From assembly GCA_902580215.1 (NCBI GenBank), contig CACHJT010000002.1, positions 72,425 to 136,424 of the forward strand: DNA of 64,000 bases, given 5' to 3'. This DNA is from an uncultured Candidatus Actinomarina sp. Its GTDB lineage: Bacteria > Actinomycetota > Acidimicrobiia > Actinomarinales > Actinomarinaceae. Position numbers and translations under genes: made by a program. Positions 37,558 to 47,957 of this stretch are shown in pieces. The stretch's first letter is position 1; every line of letters starts with the position of its first letter. The notes below the pieces were generated by a model. The model made no database searches, was not told the DNA's origin, and saw only the letters and a program-made list of their open reading frames with translations.

Positions 37558-38613
37558 ATGGTGACTAAAACAATACCTTCAAAGCCAAAACCAGAGGCCA
37601 AAGAAGCTGATTTTTCTAATGAAGATACTACCTTAACTCCTGAACAGGAGAAAGCTGCTCGTGAAAAAGCAAAATCTTTAACAAAGAAATTAGCTGACGA
37701 TAAAGGAAAACTTACTACAGACCTAGTTAGCCAGTATTTGACTGCAATTGGAAACTTCGACCTGCTAACTGCAGAACAGGAAGTTGAATTAGCCCAGAAA
37801 ATTGAATCTGGTGAAAAGGCTGCAGTTAAGTTACAAAAGAAACAGTTTAAAGATAAAAAAGGTGAAATCCGTTTAAAAAGAGATAGAAAAAAAGGCGCCG
37901 AGGCCAAAGACGCTTTCCTTACTGCAAACCTAAGATTAGTTGTTGCTAATGCAAGAAGATATGCAAACACCTCAGGTATAGATTTTCTAGATTTAATCCA
38001 AGAAGGAAACCTTGGTTTAATACGTGCCGTTGAAAAGTTCGATTGGCGTAAGGGATTCAAATTTTCAACTTATGCAACTTGGTGGATTAGACAAGCTATT
38101 ACAAGAGCTATTGCTGACAAGTCAAGAACAGTAAGAATTCCTGTACACTTACATGATACTATGGCTGCAGTCCGTGCAGCACAAGCTCAACTTAAAGCTG
38201 AACTAGGTAGAGATCCAAAACCACAAGAGATTGCTAAAGAAGCAGGTGTAGGGGTTGATAAGGTAGAACTAGCTTTAAGTGTTGCTGATACAGTTTCTTT
38301 AGAACAACCTGTCGGTGAAGATGGAGCACAACTTGGTGATTTCATCCAAGATGAAGATGCAAGCGATCCTTCATTAATTGTGCAAGATTTAGATGTAGCT
38401 GAGAGCCTCAGAGATAGTATTAGCAGACTTCCTGAAAGAGAAGGAAGAATCTTAGCTTTAAGATATGGTTTTTACGATGGCGTCCCAAGAACACTTGAAG
38501 AAATTGGTGAAGAGTTTGACTTGACCAGAGAAAGAATCAGACAATTAGAAAAACTCGCTCTCTGCAGACTTCGTCATCCATCTTTTGGGATTAGAGAACA
38601 AGACCTAGTCTAA
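37558..38613 (+). CDS. rpoD: Principal (group 1, HrdB/SigA-like) RNA polymerase sigma factor with a short N-terminal region
   Basis: Region 1.2 ([20 protein letters not shown]), region 2 ([41 protein letters not shown]), region 3, and region 4 ([20 protein letters not shown]). Confidence 0.9.
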   Translation: MVTKTIPSKPKPEAKEADFSNEDTTLTPEQEKAAREKAKSLTKKLADDKGKLTTDLVSQYLTAIGNFDLLTAEQEVELAQKIESGEKAAVKLQKKQFKDKKGEIRLKRDRKKGAEAKDAFLTANLRLVVANARRYANTSGIDFLDLIQEGNLGLIRAVEKFDWRKGFKFSTYATWWIRQAITRAIADKSRTVRIPVHLHDTMAAVRAAQAQLKAELGRDPKPQEIAKEAGVGVDKVELALSVADTVSLEQPVGEDGAQLGDFIQDEDASDPSLIVQDLDVAESLRDSISRLPEREGRILALRYGFYDGVPRTLEEIGEEFDLTRERIRQLEKLALCRLRHPSFGIREQDLV

Positions 38614-38658
38614 TTTTTTAATTTTATCTTTACTCTTTAAATTGGTAATCTATATTAC

Positions 38659-40095
38659 ATGTTCGAACATCTCGAAATTGCCATTGACTCAGCAATAGAT
38701 AGCGGAGCAAAATATTCTGATGCAAGAGTTTTAATTTCTAAATCAAGAAGTATTGCAGCAAAAAATGGAGAAATTGAAAATTTTAACGAGAATGAAAAAA
38801 TTGGCATTGGAATTAGAGCATTAGTAGGTTCTTCTTGGGGTTTTTATTCCACATATGATTTATCTAGCGAGTCTTTAAAACAAGCAGGAAAAAAATCTTT
38901 TGAAATAGCTAAAGCATCTGCAATGGTAGCTGGAGAAGAATTACCATTTGCTGATGTACCTGTAGTTGAAGATACTTATACGACTCCACATGAAGAAAAT
39001 CCTTTTTCAGTCTCGAGTTCTGAACAAATCGATCTTTTAATCTCATCTACTGAAAAGATGAAAAAACTCGGTAGTTCAAGAGCTTTTGGAAGATTAGATT
39101 TTTGGGATACAGAAAAGTGGTTTGCTTCAAGTCAGGGGCACAAAATATATCAAAATATTATTGAATCCGGAGGAGGAATATCTTCATTATCAGTAGGCGA
39201 TGGCGAAACCCAAATAAGGTCATACCCGCAATCTTTTGGTGAATATAGAACTGGTGGCTGGGAAGTAATAAAAAGTTTTGAATTCGAAAATCATTTAGAT
39301 AGATTAGCTGAGGAATCCCAGAGGCTTTTGGTTGCTCCTCAATGTCCCCAAGGAACGATGGACTTAATCCTTGAGGGTAGCCAGCTTGCTTTACAAATTC
39401 ATGAATCTGTAGGTCATGCTATTGAGCTTGACAGAATTTTAGGTTGGGAAGCAGCTTATGCTGGAACCTCTCATTTAGATCTAAAAAAATTAAATAAGCA
39501 CAAATATGGTTCAGAATTAATGAATATAGTTGCTGACGCCACACTACCTGGAGCACTTGCAACATTTAAATACGATGACGAAGGAACTCCTGCCCAAAGA
39601 GTTGATATTGTAAAAGAAGGAATTTGGACCGGAGTTTTGTCAGGTAGAGATAGTGCTGCTGTTGCAGGAGTACCACCGGGTGGTATGGTTCGTGCAGATG
39701 GTTTTGGAAGATTGCCCATGGTAAGGATGACTAATGTTGGCTTGCTTCCAGGTGACTCATCATTAGATGAAATTATAGAAGCTACAGATGAGGGAATCTA
39801 CATGGAAACTAACCGTTCTTGGTCCATAGATGACTTAAGACTAAATTTTCAATTTGGATGTGAAGTGGGTTGGTTAGTTAAAAATGGAAAAATAATTGAT
39901 ATGGTAAAGAACCCGACCTATACGGGAATTACACCTGAGTTTTGGGGAAATATGGATATGTTGTCAGGTGAGGAAGAGTGGGTATTTTGGGGAACTCCAA
40001 ACTGTGGCAAAGGGCAACCAAGCCAAATTGGACACACTGGACACCCAGCTTCTCCAGCAAGATTTAAAAATACGCGTATCGGAGTTCGTGGATGA
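38659..40095 (+). CDS. tldD: Metalloprotease TldD
   Basis: A 478-aa protein of the TldD/PmbA fold with the HESVGHAIELDR zinc motif and a GxC-containing C-terminus. Confidence 0.85.
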   Translation: MFEHLEIAIDSAIDSGAKYSDARVLISKSRSIAAKNGEIENFNENEKIGIGIRALVGSSWGFYSTYDLSSESLKQAGKKSFEIAKASAMVAGEELPFADVPVVEDTYTTPHEENPFSVSSSEQIDLLISSTEKMKKLGSSRAFGRLDFWDTEKWFASSQGHKIYQNIIESGGGISSLSVGDGETQIRSYPQSFGEYRTGGWEVIKSFEFENHLDRLAEESQRLLVAPQCPQGTMDLILEGSQLALQIHESVGHAIELDRILGWEAAYAGTSHLDLKKLNKHKYGSELMNIVADATLPGALATFKYDDEGTPAQRVDIVKEGIWTGVLSGRDSAAVAGVPPGGMVRADGFGRLPMVRMTNVGLLPGDSSLDEIIEATDEGIYMETNRSWSIDDLRLNFQFGCEVGWLVKNGKIIDMVKNPTYTGITPEFWGNMDMLSGEEEWVFWGTPNCGKGQPSQIGHTGHPASPARFKNTRIGVRG

Positions 40096-41417
40096 AAATT
40101 TGGGAAGACCTACTTCAAGATATTGAAAAAAATATTCCTTCTGATACAGAATGTGAATTAAAAATGATGCACTCAAAAAGTGCATTAACAAGGTTTGCTA
40201 ATTCTCAAATTCATCAAAATGTGGATGAAGAATCTGCCGACGTATTTTTGACATTACACAATGATTCTAAAACTGTAACTATGTCAACTAACTTAACAGC
40301 ATTAAAAAATCCAAAGGAATTTGTTTCTAAAGCTATGGACTCTTTAAGTAAAAGTCCAATAGACAAAGGTTGGGCTGGCCTTCCTGATGCCTCCCAATCC
40401 TATAATGGTCTATCCAAGCTGGTTGAATCATCACCCGAGGAGAGGGCTAATAAGGTTCGAGAATTTGTTTCTGCAGGAAAACAAATGAACGCAGCAGGAT
40501 ACTGTTCTAGCTATATAAATAATTACTTTGTATGGAACACTAATGGGTTAAATTCTTCTGATTCATCTAGCAGCGCATTCATTGATGGAATATTTAGAAC
40601 AGAATCATCAGCCGGGTCTTCTCACAGGGGAGGAATAACATTGTCAGACATAGAAGCTGAACGTGCTGGTAGTGAAGCAGCAAAACTAGCAAAAGACAGT
40701 GAGAACCCAGAGGACATAGAACCGGGAAACTATGAAGTAATTCTTGGTCACGAAGCAGTTAGCACTATATTGGTTTTTCTTGGAGTCTATGGTTTTAATG
40801 CAAAAAGCAAAATTGATGGTATGAGTCCAATAAACATTGATGAAAACCAGTTTGATAGCCAAATAAACATTTTTGATACTCCTGAAGATAATGAATCAAT
40901 TGGGTTTAAGATTGATGCGTCCGGATCAAAGAAAAAAAACTTAGAAGTTGTTAAAGATGGAGTTTCAAAATCTTATTTTCATACTAGGCGAACTGCCAAG
41001 GAATTAAGTGCTGAAAATACTTTTCATGAATTGTTTGGTTGGGGAGAAAATTTTGGCGGAATAGGTACAAATATTAAACTTTCTGAGGGTAATGTTTCAC
41101 AAGAAGAAATGATAAAAAGTGTTAAAAAGGGTATTTACATAAATGAGTTTTGGTACTGCAGGGTTTTAGATCCAATCACCCAAGTTGTAACTGGGTTAAA
41201 TAGAAATGGATCTTTTTTGATTGAAAATGGAAAGATAGTTAAACCTATTGGTAGATTAAGATTTACACAAAGCTTTATGGCTTCACTTGCACCTGGAAAT
41301 GTTTTATCTATTGGGGATAGGTCTAGATATGCAGATTCAGAATTTGGAGAAGGCATGTTAAAAGTACCAGCCATACATTTAAAAAACTTTAATTTTACAG
41401 GTGGAGTTTCTGGATAA
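40092..41417 (+). CDS. pmbA: TldE/PmbA-family protein (non-catalytic partner of TldD)
   Basis: A 441-aa paralogous fold lacking HExxxH. ATGA overlap with tldD. Confidence 0.8.
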   Translation: MKIWEDLLQDIEKNIPSDTECELKMMHSKSALTRFANSQIHQNVDEESADVFLTLHNDSKTVTMSTNLTALKNPKEFVSKAMDSLSKSPIDKGWAGLPDASQSYNGLSKLVESSPEERANKVREFVSAGKQMNAAGYCSSYINNYFVWNTNGLNSSDSSSSAFIDGIFRTESSAGSSHRGGITLSDIEAERAGSEAAKLAKDSENPEDIEPGNYEVILGHEAVSTILVFLGVYGFNAKSKIDGMSPINIDENQFDSQINIFDTPEDNESIGFKIDASGSKKKNLEVVKDGVSKSYFHTRRTAKELSAENTFHELFGWGENFGGIGTNIKLSEGNVSQEEMIKSVKKGIYINEFWYCRVLDPITQVVTGLNRNGSFLIENGKIVKPIGRLRFTQSFMASLAPGNVLSIGDRSRYADSEFGEGMLKVPAIHLKNFNFTGGVSG

Positions 41418-42189
41418 TAAATCATATTTTGATGGTGATAAACCACTAATTATTCCTCATCGCGGAGGGTCAAATATAGTACCTGAGAATACACTTCATA
41501 GTCTTGAGCTAGCAATTAATGAAGGATTTTCGCATTTTGAAACTGACTTACGTATGTCTAAAGATGGTGAAATATTTCTTCATCATGATGAAACTTTTGA
41601 CAGAACGACAAATGTATCTGGAAAAGTACAAGACTTTAATTGGAGTGAAATTTCTAAAATTAATGCTGGTTATAAGTTTTATGAAAAAAGTCAACAAAAA
41701 GATAAAACAACTAATTTTGTTAGGTTAGTTGATGCCTTAAAAATGAGTGAAAAGTTAAAATTTAATCTTGATCTAAAGCAAACGGGAATGGCAAAAAAGG
41801 TTGTAGAAATAATAAACTCACTAAATGCAAAAGAAAGAGTATTAGTTTCTTCATTTAGCCCGAAAAGATTAGACGAGTTTTTAAATGTAAGTAAGGGAGA
41901 AATACTAACCTCTGGGACTTTTCGAGAAAATGCTATTGCACGATTTTTACCTTTACAAAAAAGAAATTTTAAGGTTCAAGCTCTCCAAGCCCCATTTAAG
42001 TGGAGGGGGATACAAGTTTATTCAAAAAAACTAGTGGATTTTTGTAAATTAAATAATCTTCAACTACATGTATGGACTGTAAATTCAATAGAAAATTTTA
42101 AGACTTGTTTAGAAATTGGATGCGATGGTGTCATTACCGATGAACCAATTTTATTTCGTAATTATTTAAATAAAAAAATATTTAGATAG
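41401..42189 (+). CDS. Glycerophosphodiester phosphodiesterase (GDPD family)
   Basis: IIPHRGGS...ENTLHS...ETDLRMSKDGEIFLHHDETFDRTTN are GDPD catalytic motifs. GTG start, 17-nt overlap with pmbA. Confidence 0.8.
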   Translation: MEFLDNKSYFDGDKPLIIPHRGGSNIVPENTLHSLELAINEGFSHFETDLRMSKDGEIFLHHDETFDRTTNVSGKVQDFNWSEISKINAGYKFYEKSQQKDKTTNFVRLVDALKMSEKLKFNLDLKQTGMAKKVVEIINSLNAKERVLVSSFSPKRLDEFLNVSKGEILTSGTFRENAIARFLPLQKRNFKVQALQAPFKWRGIQVYSKKLVDFCKLNNLQLHVWTVNSIENFKTCLEIGCDGVITDEPILFRNYLNKKIFR

Positions 42190-43684
42190 TATTTTGCTTT
42201 ATAAAATCTTCAGCTTTTTTAAAAATGTGATTTTTTCTTTCTGGATTAAGACGATCAAGCGATCTTGTTAGCAGCGCAAGTCTTGGATTATTTTCATAAA
42301 ACCTTCTATTCTTTTCTGTAAATTTCCAATACAAACCATCAAGAGTGTCACACCAATCACCTTTTTTGTAGTTACTCATTTTCAGAATATAGTTTGAACC
42401 ACATGTATATGGTTTTGTAGACATCATTCCTCCATCAGCATATGTAGCCATCCCGAAAACATTCGGAACCATAACCCAATCTGAAGAGTCTATATACATT
42501 TCCATAAACCATTTATAGATTTCTTTAGGATCTACTCCACATAAATTCATAATATTACTTATAACCATTAACCGTGGAATGTGGTGTATGTAACCATCTT
42601 TGAGGGTAGTTTTTATACAGTCATCAAGCGGATCAATGCCAGTTGTTCCGTCGTACCATGATGAAGTTAGTTTTTTTGAATGCTTCCAGTAATTACTTTT
42701 TGATTGTAAAGCACCTTCTTCATGATAGATTCCCCTAATAAATTCTCTCCAACCAACTATTTGCCTAACAAACCCCTCTACTGAGTTCATAGGCACATTA
42801 TTTTTCTCAGCATACTGTAAGGTTTTTTTTATAACCTTATCAGGCGTTAAAAGACCTATATTTAAAAAGGGGCTTATGCAGCTGTGAAAAAGAAAATTCT
42901 TCTCTTCCAGCATTGCGTCTTCGTAAATTCCAAAGTTTTCAAAACGAACTTTAAGAAAATTATCAAGCTGTTTTTCGGCTCCAGCCCTGTTTACAGGAAA
43001 CCAAGTATTTTCTAAATCACCTGGATGATCATCAAAATTGTTAATAATAAGTTTTTTAATTTCTTCATCATATTTTGATTTTTTAAAAACAATCATTTCA
43101 GGTGGTTCTACATTTTTTGGTATTTTTTTTCTATTATCTTCGTCAAATGACCATTTTCCACCGACCGGCTTTCCATTTTCATCCATTAAAATATCTAAAT
43201 TTTTCCTAGCTTTTTGATAAAAGGAAGACATTCTATAAACTTTCTTTCCTTTTGCCATAGAAACAAATTCACTTCTTTCAAACATAAACATTGGTGATTG
43301 AAAAATATTTACTGTTACATTGGCAGCTTTTAATGCTTTAAGAAACTCTTCTTCAAAAGCTTTATCTTCTATTTCAAATATATTGATTTCAGATAAATTT
43401 TTCTTTTTTAGGAATTTAATTAGAGAATCGACATAACTTTCTCCTTTTTTACGACTTGAAAGTTCAAAGTAATTTACAGATATAGATTCATTTTCCAGTT
43501 CATCTCTATATTCACGCATACCAGCAAGAAACAAATAGAGCTTTAGTTTATGATGTTTAAAATATGTACAAAGACCAAAGTCTTCAGCCATAAACACTTC
43601 ACTACAGCCATTTTTTTTTAGAATTTTTGGATTAAATAGCTGACTTCCAAGTATTACAAAAAATTTACTTCTCATCTTAACCAA
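42182..43684 (-). CDS. Cryptochrome/photolyase-related protein (COG3046, FeS-BCP/CryPro-like)
   Basis: 500 aa. The N-terminal FVILGSQLF and the motifs HSCISPFLNIGLLTP, GFVRQIVGWREFIRG, HHIPRLMV and ELPNV-like VMVPNVFGM are typical of the 'deoxyribodipyrimidine photolyase-related' family. Confidence 0.75.
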   Translation of the reverse strand: MVKMRSKFFVILGSQLFNPKILKKNGCSEVFMAEDFGLCTYFKHHKLKLYLFLAGMREYRDELENESISVNYFELSSRKKGESYVDSLIKFLKKKNLSEINIFEIEDKAFEEEFLKALKAANVTVNIFQSPMFMFERSEFVSMAKGKKVYRMSSFYQKARKNLDILMDENGKPVGGKWSFDEDNRKKIPKNVEPPEMIVFKKSKYDEEIKKLIINNFDDHPGDLENTWFPVNRAGAEKQLDNFLKVRFENFGIYEDAMLEEKNFLFHSCISPFLNIGLLTPDKVIKKTLQYAEKNNVPMNSVEGFVRQIVGWREFIRGIYHEEGALQSKSNYWKHSKKLTSSWYDGTTGIDPLDDCIKTTLKDGYIHHIPRLMVISNIMNLCGVDPKEIYKWFMEMYIDSSDWVMVPNVFGMATYADGGMMSTKPYTCGSNYILKMSNYKKGDWCDTLDGLYWKFTEKNRRFYENNPRLALLTRSLDRLNPERKNHIFKKAEDFIKQNTI

Positions 43685-43741
43685 GAATAGTTTACCATTG
43701 TAATGTAGAAGCTATAATTCTGCGGATCTTGAAGGGGGAAA

Positions 43742-44857
43742 ATGCATCAAGAAATATTAGACAGTGGTTTTATACCAAACAAAATATGTGAAAAGCTACC
43801 AGCAAGCTTTGATGATATTGAAAACCTTGCAAGCGAACTTCCAAAAGTACTTGCGAATGAACAAATTGTCGAAAGAGTACAACAATTAGGGCAAGAAAAA
43901 GATATCAGCAATCTAAGTAGCAGTGAATTGGAAAGAGCGATGCTACTGTATTCCTACGTAGGTCACGCATATATGTGGGGAAAAAAACATGTTGAAAATA
44001 TAATCCCTAAAGAGCTTGCTACAACATGGTTTGCTATATCTGAAAAATTAGAAAGACCACCAATTCTTTCCTATGCATCATACGCCTTAAATAATTGGAA
44101 AATGCTTGATGATACAAAGCCTTTTGATCTAGAGAATATAGTAATCATGCAAAATTTCTTGGGAGGAGTAGATGAAGATTGGTTTATTATGATTCATGTT
44201 GCTATTGAGTATGAAGCAAAAGCTATACTTTCAAATTTAAAATCATATTTTCTTGATGAAAACTTGGACAAATCATTATTAGAAAAATCTTTAGAGAGTA
44301 TTAAAAAAATCAACTCAATTATGAATCGAATGCCTGAAAAATGTGACCCATTTATTTATTACAATCGTGTGAGACCATACATCTTTGGTTGGAAAAATAA
44401 CCCTGCTACACCAGAGGGTGTAATTTATGAGGGTGTTGAAGATTACAATGAAGAACCTCAACTTTTCAGAGGTGAAACAGGAGCACAAAGTTCAATTGTT
44501 CCAGCACTTGATGCTCTTCTTGGCGTCACGCATTCCAATGATCCACTAAGAGAATACTTGGATGAGATGAGATTGTATATGCCTAAAGAACATAGAGAAT
44601 TACTTAATGATCTAGATGAATGGTCAGAAAATAAAAGAAAAAATCTAAGCATAGATGAAAAATCCAGGATGATCATTAATGAAATAATAAATGAAGTCCA
44701 TACTTTTAGAGATAAGCATTTAGAATATGCGAGAGTATATATTTTTGAACAGTCTCTAACAAATAATTCAAACTCAAATATTGTTGGAACGGGTGGTACA
44801 CCTTTTATGAAGTATCTTGATAAGCACCTGCAAGAAACAGTCCCATCAAATGATTAA
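43742..44857 (+). CDS. Indoleamine 2,3-dioxygenase (IDO) family heme protein
   Basis: GETGAQSSIVPALDALLGV matches the IDO motif GGSAGQSS..F..LLG. The C-terminal GTGGTPFMKYLDKH matches the GTGGT..F.. proximal-His region. Length is 371 aa. Confidence 0.75.
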   Translation: MHQEILDSGFIPNKICEKLPASFDDIENLASELPKVLANEQIVERVQQLGQEKDISNLSSSELERAMLLYSYVGHAYMWGKKHVENIIPKELATTWFAISEKLERPPILSYASYALNNWKMLDDTKPFDLENIVIMQNFLGGVDEDWFIMIHVAIEYEAKAILSNLKSYFLDENLDKSLLEKSLESIKKINSIMNRMPEKCDPFIYYNRVRPYIFGWKNNPATPEGVIYEGVEDYNEEPQLFRGETGAQSSIVPALDALLGVTHSNDPLREYLDEMRLYMPKEHRELLNDLDEWSENKRKNLSIDEKSRMIINEIINEVHTFRDKHLEYARVYIFEQSLTNNSNSNIVGTGGTPFMKYLDKHLQETVPSND

Positions 44858-45953
44858 AAAGCTAGGTATACCAAAAGAAGTTAAACAGGACGAAGGCAGA
44901 GTTGCTTTAATTCCTGAACACATAACTCAATTTACTGGTTTAGCAGATATTTTTGTTGAAACCCAGGCCGGAGTTGGCTCTGGTTTTACTGATGAAGATT
45001 ATAAACAAGCTGGAGCAAAAATTGTGTCTTCAGCAGAAGAACTTTATGGAACCGCACAAATAATTTGTAAAGTCAAAGAACCTCAATCTGAAGAGTTTGA
45101 ACTCTTAAATTCTGACCATGTATTATTTGGTTATCTTCATCTTGCATCAAATCTTTCACTTACAAAAATACTATTAGAAAAAAAATTAACAGGGATTGCT
45201 ACTGAAATGATTATGAGCGGGAAAGAGTATCCACTGCTAATTCCTATGTCAAAAATTGCTGGCAATCTAGCGATTCAGAAAGGTATGCAATTTTTAGAAT
45301 ACTCTTCAAAAGGAAAAGGACTGCTTCTTTCATCATTATCTGGTGAAAAAAATTCAAAAGTCACTGTTATTGGTTGCGGTGAAGTTGGTAGAAGTTCAAT
45401 TCATAAGTCTATTCAGATTGGTGCATCTGTTACTGCGATTGATATAAATGAAGATATTTTGAATGAGTTAAAGAATCAGTATGGAGAAAATATCACCACT
45501 TTAGTCAGCGGAAGTGAGTCAGCTACAAACGCAATTAGGTCTGCTGATTTAGTTGTTGGTGCAGTTTTGTTACCTGGAAGAAAGCCTCCAATTGTAATTA
45601 CAGAAGAAGATATAAGTTCGATGGAAAAAGGTTCAGTCATAGTAGATGTCGCTATTGATCAAGGTGGTTGTGTTGAAGGCGTTAAGCCTAATACTCATAG
45701 TGAACCTTTTGAAATAAGAAGTGGTGTGATCGTTTCTGCAATTGCAAACTTACCAGGCGCAGTTCCTAAAACCTCTTCTATTGAGTTATCTACAAATTTA
45801 CAAAAATATGTCGATTATCTTTTAGTTGAAAATTGGTTTGATGAGTACAAAAATAACGAAAGCTTAAGACCATCACTACAAATACACAATGGACTTTTGT
45901 TATCAGAAGAGGTCGCAGACAGCTTAAGTTTAACTTTGTCTAAACTAGTCTAG
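44850..45953 (+). CDS. ald: Alanine dehydrogenase
   Basis: From ATG 44850 the protein reads MIKKLGIPKEVKQDEGRVALIPE, the canonical Ald N-terminus. It has a VIGCGEVG NAD motif and AIDQGG. It overlaps the IDO stop by 8 nt. Confidence 0.9.
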   Translation: MIKKLGIPKEVKQDEGRVALIPEHITQFTGLADIFVETQAGVGSGFTDEDYKQAGAKIVSSAEELYGTAQIICKVKEPQSEEFELLNSDHVLFGYLHLASNLSLTKILLEKKLTGIATEMIMSGKEYPLLIPMSKIAGNLAIQKGMQFLEYSSKGKGLLLSSLSGEKNSKVTVIGCGEVGRSSIHKSIQIGASVTAIDINEDILNELKNQYGENITTLVSGSESATNAIRSADLVVGAVLLPGRKPPIVITEEDISSMEKGSVIVDVAIDQGGCVEGVKPNTHSEPFEIRSGVIVSAIANLPGAVPKTSSIELSTNLQKYVDYLLVENWFDEYKNNESLRPSLQIHNGLLLSEEVADSLSLTLSKLV

Positions 45954-46527
45954 GCATCCATTTTTTTCTAGATTTACTAAAGCTATCTATTTGATCTGCG
46001 AAGCCTAATGTAATATCAATTTTGTCTAAACCTTCAAGGATTCGTTTTTGAGAAAAATCGTCTAAATCAAATGAAAATGTTATTTCCTCACATTGAACTG
46101 TTTTATTTTCTATGGAGATTTCGATTTTAGTTTTTGGATTAACTTCAATTTTTGCAAATAGTGCATCTATATTTTCTTGATTTGTCTCTATAGGTACAAG
46201 ACCAATATTGATTGAATTTAATCTAAAGATATCAGCAAATTTAGTTGAAATTATCGCATCGAATCCCCAATCTTGTAGGCCCCAAGGTGCATGCTCTCTA
46301 GAAGAACCAGTTCCAAAATTATCTCCAGCAACTAAAACTTTTGACCCTTGATATGCTTCATTGTTTAGAGGAAAATCAGGTTCTTTCTTCCAATCATAAA
46401 ATAAGAACTCACCATAACCTGAGCGCTCAACACGCTTAAGAAATTGTTTGGGCATTATTTGATCGGTGTCAACATTAGACATATTAAGTGGAAGCATCGT
46501 TGAATCAATGGTGCTTAATTTCTTCAT
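45940..46527 (-). CDS. leuD: 3-isopropylmalate dehydratase small subunit
   Basis: GDNFGTGSSREHAPWGL motif, 195 aa, directly abutting leuC. Confidence 0.9.
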   Translation of the reverse strand: MKKLSTIDSTMLPLNMSNVDTDQIMPKQFLKRVERSGYGEFLFYDWKKEPDFPLNNEAYQGSKVLVAGDNFGTGSSREHAPWGLQDWGFDAIISTKFADIFRLNSINIGLVPIETNQENIDALFAKIEVNPKTKIEISIENKTVQCEEITFSFDLDDFSQKRILEGLDKIDITLGFADQIDSFSKSRKKWMPRLV

Positions 46528-47925
46528 TTACAGATTCCTAATATCAACAAATTTTCCATATAGGGCTGCTGCAGCTGCCATTTTTGGACTTACTAAGTGA
46601 GTTCTACCTCCAGCACCCTGTCTACCTTCATAGTTTCTATTTGATGTTGAGGCACATCTTTCACCGGGACTTAAAATGTCTGGATTCATTCCTAAACACA
46701 TTGAGCAACCTGCTTCTCTCCAGTCAAAACCAGCTTCAATGAATATTTTGTCTAACCCTTCCTCTTCCGCTTGTTTTTTAACGAGTGTTGACCCAGGAAC
46801 AATCATTGCGCCAATTGTTTCCGAAACTTTTTTCCCTTTGACTACTTCTGCAGCTTCTCTTAAATCCTCGATTCTTCCATTGGTGCAGCTACCAATAAAA
46901 ACTCTATCCAATTGGATTTCATTAATTTTTTCTCCAGGCTTTAAATCCATATATTCCAAAGCTCTTGAAGCCGCTTCTTTTTCAGATTCTTCATTGAAAT
47001 CATCCGGATGAGGAATGGTATCATTTATAAAAATTACCTGTGAAGGATTTGTTCCCCATGAAATAGATGGTTCAAGTTCATCAGCGTTTATTGTTACAAC
47101 TTTATCAAACTCAGCATCTTCATCAGAGTATAAATTTCTCCATTCAGCAATTGCATCATCCCAGTCAGAACCCTTAGGAGCATAATTTTTCTCTTTCAGA
47201 TAATTGAAAGTTACCTCATCTGGAGCAATCATTCCTGCTCTAGCTCCTCCTTCAATTGACATATTGCAGATAGTCATTCTGTTTTCCATACTCATATTTT
47301 GAATAACATCACCTACATATTCAACAACATGACCAGCTCCACCACCAGTTCCAATTTTTCTGATTATTCCTAGAATTATATCTTTTGGTCCAACACCTTC
47401 AGATACATCTCCAATTACTTCAACTTTCATTGTTTTGGGTTTTTCCATTGCCAATGTTTGTGTAGCTAAAACATGTTCTACTTCTGAAGTTCCTATACCA
47501 AAAGCTAGTGCACCGAATGCTCCATGAGTTGCTGTATGGCTATCACCACAAACAATTGTCATTCCTGGTTGGGTTATTCCTTGTTCTGGCCCAATAACAT
47601 GTACGATTCCTTGACGTGGATCATTAATACCAAATAATGTAACTCCAAATTCCTCACAATTATTTTCTAAAGCTTCAATCTGGATTTTAGAGAGAGGATC
47701 TTTTATTCCCAGTAGCCTATTTGAAGTTGGGACACCATGGTCTACTGTTGCAAGAGTCATTTCAGGATGTTTAACTTTTCTACCAGCAAGCCTCAAGCTA
47801 TCAAACGCCTGAGGGGATGTTACTTCATGTACAAGATGTAAATCTATAAATACTAAATTTGTACTCTCATCTATAGACGCAACTAAGTGTCTATCCCAGA
47901 TTTTTTCAAATAATGTTTTTCCCAT
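46528..47925 (-). CDS. leuC: 3-isopropylmalate dehydratase large subunit
   Basis: Aconitase-family motifs [35 protein letters not shown] and MCLGMNPD, in a 465-aa protein. Confidence 0.95.
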   Translation of the reverse strand: MGKTLFEKIWDRHLVASIDESTNLVFIDLHLVHEVTSPQAFDSLRLAGRKVKHPEMTLATVDHGVPTSNRLLGIKDPLSKIQIEALENNCEEFGVTLFGINDPRQGIVHVIGPEQGITQPGMTIVCGDSHTATHGAFGALAFGIGTSEVEHVLATQTLAMEKPKTMKVEVIGDVSEGVGPKDIILGIIRKIGTGGGAGHVVEYVGDVIQNMSMENRMTICNMSIEGGARAGMIAPDEVTFNYLKEKNYAPKGSDWDDAIAEWRNLYSDEDAEFDKVVTINADELEPSISWGTNPSQVIFINDTIPHPDDFNEESEKEAASRALEYMDLKPGEKINEIQLDRVFIGSCTNGRIEDLREAAEVVKGKKVSETIGAMIVPGSTLVKKQAEEEGLDKIFIEAGFDWREAGCSMCLGMNPDILSPGERCASTSNRNYEGRQGAGGRTHLVSPKMAAAAALYGKFVDIRNL

Positions 47926-47957
47926 TTCAGATATAAATTATATATTTTTTTCTCTAT

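Noticed and set aside
37515-38060. A 181-aa minus-strand ORF overlapping the 5' half of rpoD.
   Set aside because: It is antisense to an unmistakable principal sigma factor gene. Its composition (S/A/F/R-rich) mirrors the Lys/Glu/Ala-rich rpoD codons. It is a shadow ORF.
44817-44849. An eleven-codon extension of ald in the track (MISTCKKQSHQ-).
   Set aside because: The canonical Ald N-terminus (MIKKLGIPKEVK…) begins at ATG 44850. The extension would overlap the IDO gene by 41 nt.
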